This document shows positions 53,896 through 64,000 of a stretch of DNA of 64,000 bases, one piece after another; within the stretch, counting starts at the first letter, position 1; each line of letters begins with the position of its first letter. A model generated the notes under the pieces. The model did no database searches. It was not told where the DNA came from and saw only the letters and a program-made list of their open reading frames with translations. The stretch is taken from assembly GCA_028534125.1 (NCBI GenBank), contig CM052816.1, forward strand, positions 72,666,001 to 72,730,000. Direction: 5' to 3'. The translations under genes and the position numbers were made by a program. The DNA comes from Lama glama. Its lineage: Eukaryota.

Positions 53896-54401
53896 GTATC
53901 AGTAGGGCTTACATTAAACTACATATAGCAAATACTCCAGATTACAATAGCTAAAGATTGCTTCTGTTTTTTGTTTTCCACACTGAGGCAAGTACAGAGA
54001 TAGGCAGTAAAGAGCTGGCATGGTAACAACAGAATTACGCTAGAGATACATTGATTTCCTCTTAGTTTTCTGAGCCACCATCTCCAGCTGTGGTTCTTGT
54101 CCTCATACTTACAAGATGATTGGAACCCAAACTATTATGCCTCTCTCTCTTTCTTTTTTTTTTCCCCCCCAAAAGAAGGAACACTAAAGAGCCAGTGGTA
54201 ATAGGATACAGACCACCTGAGTCAGTCCCTTGGCAACTTCATTGCTAACACTTCGACTTACATCACATAGACACTTTTATTTATTAGAATTAATTAGAGT
54301 GAAATATAGCTTTTTAACCGGGCAGTGTTTGACTGCAACAAAAATCCCCCATGGTTCTGTTTTTAAAGAAGGGGCCAACTGGGAATACAGTATCTGCCAC
54401 A
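53896..54401 (-). mobile_element. Old MaLR LTR (MLT1J-like)
   Basis: tgtatcagtagggctt...gccaccatctccagctgtggttcttgtcctcat...caagatg...cagtatctgccaca. Confidence 0.6.
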
Positions 54402-57089
54402 GATAATCAAATAACTTTTGAGGCTATATGATAATCTATGTGTAGGAAAAATCTCTCTTTGTTTTCCACAATACAGATATACCTGAATAAGCATGTATGT
54501 CTGTGTGTGTCTGTGAGGGGTCAGGTGGAGATTAGAAAAAAATCCATGCAGTCAACTCATCCAAAAATAGCACTGACTTATCAATATAGAATTCAAAAGA
54601 AAAGGGTAATCAGAATGTATCTTCATTTCACCCCAATGGAAATTATATCTAATTACAGGCTATTTCTGCTTATTCTGTCATGGTTGATTCCTGATACAGG
54701 TTCTCATTAACCATCAATATCCAGGAGCCTGTACTGAGGTCACACAACTTATGCCTATGGCTTATTCTTGTTTGTGAAATCAGAGGCCTCAGAATGTTAA
54801 TAGAAACTCCAAGAAGTCTTACACTTTTTTTTCCTAACATAGGTTTAGTTTTCCACAAGGCTTGAGGTTCCTTAGAAGAAATTAAAAATGTGAGAACTAT
54901 GTCTAAAGCCTATGCACTTCTGCTCTCTAGTGTTATTCTGACAAACTTTACAAGAAGGAATCTGTTTATCTTAGATGAGATAATTAATGAATTAATGAAT
55001 CTGTAATATGGGACATGATTTGGAGAATAATATAATTTTAAACACATAATGGACTTTGGCTTTAATAAGATAGAATCTTAGTGTGATAAGATGAAAAAAT
55101 CATGGCGGGGGGGGGGCTTCAGTAATTCTCTAAACAGTAAGCATTCCCCTGAGGCATTATTAACTTGAGTTTATTAATAAGATTACTCTACGATGGAGTA
55201 TTCCATGGACCTATTTGCATATCATCTTGGAATCGACGAAGTGTAGAGCAATTTATAAAACCAGAAAGTAAAGTTACAAAAAATCTCTAGTGAGATAAAC
55301 TGACTTGCCAAATTTAGACTATGACTTACTCCAGTTGAAGAAATTTTACTTATGAACTCTGGCCATCTTATTTTTGCATCTCAAGAAATACTGAAAGGAC
55401 TAGAAAAGAAAGAAACAAAACAAAGTAATATCATTTCTTAGTTTTTATCCCTTTAAAAAAGTAAGTTTTGTAACATATATGTTACTTTCCACGGAGCATT
55501 CTTCTGGGGACATGGATGGTGTACTCTAATCAAATGCCATGTGTTTTTTCCAGACTACCAAATACTCTCATAATTTAAGGAGAAAAAAATTACTCAGTGT
55601 TGAAATGGCTAGGAAAGGCTGGATTAAGGAGAAACGATGTAAACTGTGCTTCAGAGAAAGGGTCAGATTTAGAGAAGTCAACTCCAAAAAGGAGACCCCT
55701 TACAGAAGGACACGCATGGGAGTGATCTGTGTATTTGTGAAGTAAACAGTTTCATTGGCTGAGGTGTATTTGATGGATATTAATGTAAAATAAGTAGGTA
55801 TGAGATACTAAGAAAATGACTGCTTGGAGTTTTATCAGCTTAGAAAAAAGAATAAAAAGTTGACTTGCATTTGTATATCGTGAACAGTGACTTTCTGTAT
55901 TCATAATGTTTATTTTTAATTTTTCTTGAAAGAAAAGAACAATATTTGGTAGTAAATTTAATAAAGATGACAGATTCATTTTTGTTTTATCATGTGGAAT
56001 ATATTTTGACATTCCTTTTTTAAAGTTACATTTCAAAGTTTATGTATTTACTCTTTGAAACCAGTAGCAGATATTCTTAGAATGGGAAATGGTGTGCTAT
56101 TTCATAATGTAGTTGTTTATGCATTGAATATGTAGTAGCTGGCTGGACTGATGAACTCTTTCTCTGTATCCACTCCATGTGGGACTTGAGTAGAATTGTA
56201 GCCTCATTCACTATGGTATCATTGAGTGAATACTGTTATCTATTTATACATTAGCCAGTCCTAGACATTGTAATAACTTATATACTTGGCTTTCCTGGTA
56301 TGTGATAACAATTATGAAGACAAGAGTGATGTCATTTTAATCAAGCAAGTGAGTAGTATAGAGTAGAAGCTGAACACATTTTTCTTAAATTGAATTGAAT
56401 GGTACTCATTGCTGCATGATTTTGTTGACATTTCTATAAGACATCAACAGATCCTTGGTGTGTCTTTGTTGAATGAATAAATTGACTATAGCAGTTTCAA
56501 CAATGACTCTACTGATGGCTTTGGGCAAATATGCTAAGTTTTTGAAGTTCCTTGTCTGACACCACACAACTAAGCGGCTGCATTACTGATAATTAGAATG
56601 TCTTTGGGCAATTAACTCGGTTCTCTATAAGGAGAAAAATCCAAAAACTAATACAACATGATGGACTTCACAGGATTGGCAGCAGTTGTCATGTGTTTTG
56701 ACATCAACTGTGATTTTCCTTCTGCCCTCCATATGTTAAAATGAAAACTGTGCACATATGGTCTATATACCACAATAAGCTTTTGTGAGCCTACATCTAT
56801 GTGTAGTTCTTATCTCTAAACTATCATTGGATAAATAGAAAATAAATAACAAATTTTATTATCAATGAAGTTTAATATGAAGAACATTTAAAAACACTCA
56901 CATTTAAGCAGAATTTTCAGGATAGCTGAATAGAAGTTTCAAGAAGACAAATTCCAGTTCAATAAAAAGTAAAGAAAAATCTTAACATTTAATTGCCTTA
57001 TGAATCAATGAATTATTTTTGAAATATTCAAAAAGATGCTGATTTTTTTTTTTGGCCAGAAGTTTCTTACATGAATAGAGTGAATAGAT

Positions 57090-57620
57090 TTCAAATCAAT
57101 TCTGTAAACATTCACCAAATGTGCACTTCATTCAAGGTTTTATTGAAAATGTTCCTCCTAGTTGGATATTGAAACGTGGGAAGAAGTTCAGTAGCTAGGG
57201 TGAGATGCAGCGAAGCTCATTTCAAGTGGTCAGATTAAGAAGGAAATAATTTGGGGAAGAGTGATTAAATATTGAGGGAGAAATATCTTTGAAAAATAAG
57301 TTCGGATTAACTTATAACAGGTCTTGAACTCAACAAGAGATTTGGACTTAATTCTTATTTGAAGCACACAATCCTTGTCGGTTTTGAATTACACGATCAA
57401 GTTAGTGTTTTAGTGAGGTCATTCTGGCTATAACAAGAGTTGGATTGAAGCAGAAATATTGCAAGTGATGAGAATGGTTTGGAGGCTATTTTGGTGATTC
57501 AGATAAGGGATGGTAAGAGGTAGTAAGGAAACAGGAGGAAAGACAGGACAAGGTAGTTGAGGTAGAATTTTAAAACTTAGAATACTGATTCTTAACAAAG
57601 CTGAATAATAGTGTAAGATT
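57090..57620 (-). mobile_element. L2 fragment
   Basis: gagatttggacttaattctt...ttagtgttttagtgaggtcattctggcta...ggaggctattttggtgattcagataagggatgg. Confidence 0.65.
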
Positions 57621-58740
57621 TTTAAGCAGCAGTTTACAGGCTATAGATAGATATAGATATATAAGTAGTTTTGGCCTTTTTTAAAACTTAAATGGTGAGG
57701 AGAAGACATTTTGAGAAATTTCATTCAGTGTTCTAATGTTTTGTCTCTTGCGCTTAGTCTATCCCAGCTGTTGACCATCCTGTGAAATACAGCTCCTCAC
57801 TTGTCCTTTTCTGGGAACAATTAGCAGGTGAAAACTTATTAGCAAAGACAAAATCAGGAGGTTGATCAATATGCTGGATGTTTTCTTCTTATCTTTTGCT
57901 ATCCTTTTAGCCCCAGAGAATTTGTGTCCTCTTGAAATATTTATATTGTGGAGTTTCTAATTTTTACTTATTTCTCATTTTTACTTATTTACCTTAATGT
58001 AGTCCTAATTCTGTGGAAGTCTATTTATAACTGCTTGTTCTAACCTGAATGGTTTTATGTATTTGAAAGAAGTATCTTTAATGCAGGTGGGGATTATTTT
58101 GATTCTGCAGTTTAATCATGTAGGAAATGTAGTTTTTACCTATTTCTTTCTTATCTATCCACTCCACTCCTTCCTTCCTTTTAAAAATCTGATATACCTT
58201 CCCGTGAGACTTCATTCCAGGCTTCTCCTGAATTATTTACTTTATAATTTTACTTCTTGTTTTATCATAAATAATATCATTTTCTAAAGCAGAAGTAGAC
58301 AATGTATTTGGTTCCTTACTCCTTTACAAAATTTAATCTCTTTCTTGATGTATTCAGTGTTTTACTGATGATGTCAAAATCTAAGATATTTTTTGAATAC
58401 TGTCACTCTGCTTTATGTTTTCTTAATTCTCTGTGGACATTTCTCAAATGTAATCCAGATTATATTATATTACAATGTTATGATTTGTGTCTTTATATTT
58501 TATCCGAAGAGTAAGTTTTTTTGATAAATAGGGATATAGTGTATTCATCTTTTAAGTTAGTATGTAGCATGAATTGGAACACACTAAGTAAGAATTAATA
58601 AATAAAAAATATTTTTATTCTATTAAATACTTTTTTGCTCAATCTAAAAATCTCACATTTACCTTTTATATCTATCAAGTATATTTGTTGTCTACATTTT
58701 GGTAAATCAAGCTAGCTTACGGCAACATGGTGCAATTTAC

Positions 58741-58899
58741 AGTTTTTCAGTATTTTTTTCTAGTTCATGTTGTCTTCTGAATTCCTTTGTAAAATTTAGA
58801 GTATGTTTTATAGAATCCTTTATATGAATGTGACAGTGGCTACTGTGGAATTCAGTGCTAGAGCATTTGTCCTCTAGACTAATATTTTTTAAAGAGAGG
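58741..58899 (-). CDS. Candidate internal coding exon: LSLKNISLEDKCSSTEFHSSHCHIHIKDSIKHTLNFTKEFRRQHELEKNTEK(L)
   Basis: T-rich acceptor ttttttatattttttattgagtag|CCTC and weak donor AACT|gtaaat; 159 nt, stop-free in one frame in AT-rich DNA. Phase 2 to 2, joining in frame to 41217. Confidence 0.42.
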
Positions 58900-59553
58900 C
58901 TACTCAATAAAAAATATAAAAAACACCCATGGGGCATGGCTTTTTAAAAATTGTTGCCTTATAGAAAAAAATTAGACTATATAACTACATTTTATGTAAA
59001 TTATTGGCACAGTAGATATCAATAAAATGATCTAACTGTATTATACTTGTATGTTAATACCTAGTTGGGTCTGGAAACAACCATATGGAGCAAGTTTTCT
59101 AATATTTTAGCCTGAAATTAGATCTTGAACTACAAACTAGGAAAAGACCAAAAAGATGGGTTACATCTGACATGAGTGCTGTTCAACAGTTTTCTAGAGC
59201 TTTAAATCACATTAACCATATCATATTCTAGAAGACATGGTCATTGAATCTTCAGAAGACATTAAGGAGTTCTGAGCAAATAGCAGTTTGTAAAAAAATT
59301 GACTTTGAACAGTGGAATATATGAAACAAAATACATATGATTGAAATACCTTTGATCTGTAGCCAATAAGAAACATAAAATAGGGTTTTATAAATAGAGA
59401 TAGGGAATTCACCTAGGAGAGCTAGCTAGTTGCTCACATACAGGATATGAATGTTATGTGTGAGAATGAAGATCTCATCCTTAACTTTATAGGCTATGAT
59501 TTAAATTGGCTTCTTTTTGCATAACTTATTAAATTCAGCTTCAAAATGTTTAA

Positions 59554-60510
59554 AATAAACTTAATATTATGATAGTTTTATATTTACAGAAAAGTTGCAG
59601 AGATGGGAGTGTTTCCATATATCCCACACCCAGTCTCCCTATGTATTAATATCTTACATTGTATGATACGTTTGTCAAGCAATGAACTAGTTAATACTGA
59701 TACGTTACTATTAACTAAAGTCTATACTTTTATTCAGATTTGCTTAGGTTTTAAAAATTTAATGTTCTTTTTTCTGCTCCAGAATTTCATGCAAAATCCA
59801 CATTATATTATATTATGTATGTTATATGTATTATATAATTATATAATATATAACATTATATTAAGTCCTCATGTCTCCTTAGGCTCTTCTGGACTGTGTC
59901 ATTTTCTTAAACTTTCCTTATTTTAAATGACAGTTTTGACAGTTTTGAGGGCAATATTATATAGTGTCTTTCAATTAGTGTTTGATATTTTTCTAATGGT
60001 TAGGTTAAGAGTTACAAGTTTGAGGGAAGAAGACTGCAGAGGTAAGGTTCTCTTCTCTAATGGCACATTTATATCAAAGGTAAATACTGTGAATATGACT
60101 TGTCACTCATGATGTTAACTTTGATCACATGGCTGAGGTAGTGTTTTTCAGTTTCTCCACTAAAAACTTTTTTTCCCCCCTTACTATACTGTACTCTTAA
60201 AGGAAGTCACTATGTGCAGCCTACACTTAAAAGACGAGAGTTTATGCTCCATATTCTTTAGGAGAGTGCATCCATAGATATTATTTGAAATTCTTCTGCA
60301 AAGGACATTTGTCTCTTCTCTGTCATTTATTTATTGATTCAATCATTTATATTGTTAAGGACTCATGGATTTTGATTTTATCTTTATAATTCAGTACTGT
60401 GTTATTTATTTTGTTGCTTAAATTTTTCTGGTTTTGGCCGTTGGGAGCTCAAGAAAAAAGGCATTGGAAACCATCTAAGCACTAGGTGTGGTCATTGCCA
60501 CTGTGGTGTT
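59554..60510 (-). mobile_element. L1MC/L1MD-type 3' end
   Basis: atagttttatatttacagaaaagttgcagag...cccacacccagtctccc...gatgttaactttgatcacatggctgaggtagtg...aaggaagtcactatgtgcagcctacac...ttggccgttgggagctc. Confidence 0.85.
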
Positions 60511-62239
60511 ATTAACTTTATTAACTGATTATTAATTAATAAACTCCAAAAATTTTCAACAAACTAACAACTTAAAATGTATTTCCCATGTGCTAAAGTC
60601 CAAGCTCCATTAAACTGGGTGGCAGAGTATTTTCTGTGTTGTTCCCCTTAATAGAACCCCTAAATATTAACTGGATCTGGACTCCAACAATAAATCTTAC
60701 AGTTCTAAGCCCCCTTACAGTTAGGTATGGCCAAGTGACAGACAGTTAATTAGAGATGGGATGAACCTGGTATCTTTAAGCCTCCTTCTTGTCCTTAAAT
60801 GGAGGAGGCGTACCCTTCTTCTGCCACTTCTTTTTGCCTGGCTGGCATGTGGAGTTGATGGTGGGAAACTGAGCAGCCATGGAAAGTATGACAACATGGT
60901 AGAAAGAATTAGGGCCCTGTTCTTCATGTGGTCAGCATACACGGCCTGGGCTGTAAACTCTTAAAAGGGAGAGACATAAAATTTTCTCTTATAATCCTTT
61001 GTTATTTGGGGTTTTCTGTCACACTCAAATGTAATTCTAATTATACTTGGTGTATCAGTTTTTTTTGTGATATGAATCTTGAATACATCTTGACCTGTTG
61101 CCCAGCAGCTTCCCACTTCTGATGATTATGTGTTCCAGCCAATTATGTCTAATTAAACAAAGATTTGTTAAACACCTCCTGTGAGCCAGGCTGTGTAGTA
61201 GGGGCTAAGAAGAAATTTCAAAATGAACAAATTAAAGAGTCACTGCCCTATTGAGGCTATATTATAATCGTATAATAGGAAGTTTCCTGAACACACAATT
61301 CAGTTCTGTGTACCCTTTGTATATAAGCTTCTGCTTGAGATGCCCTTCATTTTGTGGGATTGCATGAAAATCTCCTAATTGTCAAGGCTCTTCAGGGAAA
61401 TCTTCCCTGACATCTCCAAGGAGTGTTAGTGACTCCTTCATCTACAGTCTTGGAGCACCTACTCAATCTCACTATCAAGTCATATCATTTATCTAGTAGA
61501 TCAAAAGCTCCTGAAAACTGGTTGTGTATTTTCATTCAAGCATTATTGTCATCTACTAAAATTCTGGCAGATGCAAGATGTTGGTATAATTCGACTTTAT
61601 TAATTTATAATGAGTAACATTCTATATGAAAAGAAGGTAATATTAGTATCTATCGTACTATACAGGGAACTCCCTTTCCCTTATCTTGGTGATGGGGAAG
61701 CTCGATTAATGATCAGAAGTTTGCATGATGATTTAAGAATCAAAATGTAGCTTTCCTGTATGACCTGGAGGGTATTTGAACCAGGGCATGTTGAAGTCTG
61801 AAGAACAGTTACTGTCCACAACAGGATATATTGCTAGGATCATCTTTTTTTAGATTCCAAATTATATCTCATTACAGGGAAAAAAATAAACAAACTTGAA
61901 AATCCTTCAAAACAGCAGCATAGATAATATCTGTCAATAGCTTTAACACAGCTAATTTTCACATGCAAATGAGAATAGATCACTCTATTTTTAGTTGAAC
62001 AGAAATAGAAATAATTGGCTTGGATTTGGGGGTCATATTAGAGGAAGAAGTCCTATCTTTAAACACTGGAAGCAAACTTGGCCCACTGAGATGCTCTCAA
62101 GAGAAGCATATAAAAATTGAGAAGAAAGACCCTGGACATCTGTGAGTGTAGTTCATGTTCACACTGTAGCGTACAGGCCTGGAGTGTGGCCATGACTGGA
62201 GCCTTCTGAACTGTTCCAATGATTTCCGCTTTCTCGCTC

Positions 62240-62362
62240 TCTTTATTTCTTCCTTTCTTCCCAGCTTCTCTCCCCTCCTTCCCTTCCTCCATCCTTCCTT
62301 CTTCCTTCCTTCCTCTCTTTCTTTCTTTCTTTCCCACTCTTTCTTTCTCTTTCTTTGTCCTT
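62240..62362. repeat. Polypyrimidine (TTCC/TTTC)-rich low-complexity tract
   Basis: Directly visible. Source of ORF 62059-62337. Confidence 0.85.
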
Positions 62363-64000
62363 TATCTATGTGTTTCCTAGCGTGTAAGCATGTATAGTTG
62401 AATTTATAATTTTAATATGCATGTGATTGACTCTATCATGTAGCATTATGTAACCAAATAGCCAAAATGTGTCTCAGTCCCCTGAACAACCAAATCAAAT
62501 CACTTGGGTTATTTTTGCCTCTGGGACATACATTTTTTGTGTGGTAATCTCACTGTTCTTGTTTGGTTGGAGGCGACCGCATAGTTACAAATGTAAAATG
62601 TCAGTTTAGCAGAAAATGACACAGAGGACATGTTAAATACAAGCATTGATGGTAATGTGTAAGATTCAAAGAAGAAGCATGTTGTGTGCTGATAACGGTT
62701 TAAGACCATGAAAGTAAGGAAAATGTCTTTTTTATCCTTGAGTAAGGTGGACATTCAATAGGTATTTGCAGGATTGACAAAGCAGAATAGTGGCATTAAA
62801 AAAAAAAAAAGCAGGATGAACACTCAGAGTTATAGCAAATGAGATGATGACATAAACCATTCGTTTAGTAGCCATAGCTCTTTTGACTTTGACTCTCAAA
62901 AGGTTCAAATTTGGAAGCAAATACCTTACCCCTGTGAACAGGCTCTGCTAGTTCCTCAAACTAGTACTGTAACACAGCCCAGCTGTATTCTCTGAATGCC
63001 TCAAATTTTCCTGTAGTCCATTAAGAACCATCATTTCTTTTATCGGTACAGTTAGATTACTGGCTAATATTAAATCACAGATATTTTATATAGGGAAGTT
63101 TGACTTTTAGTGAGAATGCTTGAAAATGTCAGTCTTTGCACTGAGGCTACCCTGTGTTGTGGAGCTCTAAGTGCCATGCTGCTTATCTCTTTTCCTAATT
63201 TTTTTACAGAAAGACAACATACACGTCTTGATTATAGCAACAGAGGTAATACTAGCAATTTGAAGAAAAGTTGGTCATGTATCTTCTGTTATTTAAATTA
63301 CAAAAAGGTGAAAATTATGAACTGGGAGAATAATTTGGGTTGTAAGACAGGTGGCAGAATCTGACTCCCTGTGGCTTTCAAAAGTAGGACACAGAGGCCT
63401 TTGTCTGGGAGTTTTCTGTAGTCTTACTTGGAAGTGAGAGAAAGACAAGATGACCTTTTAAGACATACCTCCAACTCAGTAATTGTCATGTGAACCTTAA
63501 GTGTTAGTAAGATTCCTACTTGTCAAAACCTTTCACAGTAGGCTTTTTTTAAGCTAAGAATTTACTGATTTCTTTTGTCCTTTTAGTTTTCAGTGCTTGG
63601 TTTATATGTCTCCTTTCTGCATGCAATGCTTATAGGTATCTCTAATTACCGTCAGAATGTATAAAATTAAAGTAAGTTTTTGGTGAGATTCTGGTAAGAT
63701 AGAATTTTCAGGAAACATGAGGGTATAGCTTGTTCTTTTAAAACCAGGAATTCAATATTGATAATAATGATTTTTTTTGACATGGAATTATAATATAGTA
63801 GCTAGAAAGTGCTTACCTTGTATTCATTCAAATTTCGAGGTAGCAATTTGAAAAGTCAGTGCATGATTTTCCAGTTAAAAAGGAATTTTCAAATATTGAT
63901 CTAGCACTTCTGCCTGCAGCTTGTCTTTCCACCCTTCCATTAATAAAAGCCTAAAAACCCTCCTTCATCACTTTCACCCCTTCATCATGTCGTCCATGGG

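Noticed and set aside
63817..63950. Minus-strand donor AAG|gtaagc with upstream acceptors
   Set aside because: All three frames contain stops before the donor, so it cannot be a coding exon of the chain.

Overview
AT-rich, CpG-depleted mammalian genomic DNA, mostly intronic or intergenic, with a 100-N scaffold gap at 34693-34792. The repeats are eutherian: MIR, L2, L3/CR1, old L1M, MLT1 MaLR LTRs, and MER21- and MER31/67-like ERV LTRs. The one young L1 has a 3' UTR resembling cetartiodactyl (camelid-like) L1, and I saw no primate, rodent, ruminant or pig SINEs; the host assignment is an inference. Nearly all supplied ORFs are spurious. The best gene evidence is a phase-consistent chain of minus-strand exons (58741-58899, 41126-41217, 35726-35789, then a 3' UTR exon starting at 35149 with AATAAA). 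It looks like the 3' end of a large-intron protein-coding gene that I cannot name. The clearest structural observation is an L1 insertion with a twin-priming 5' inversion and a 12-bp TSD at 548-1176. Left of the gap are several isolated candidate exons and motif clusters. I found no CRISPR array, rRNA/tRNA gene or convincing novel multi-gene system. Repeat family names come from recalled consensus sequences, and their boundaries are approximate.
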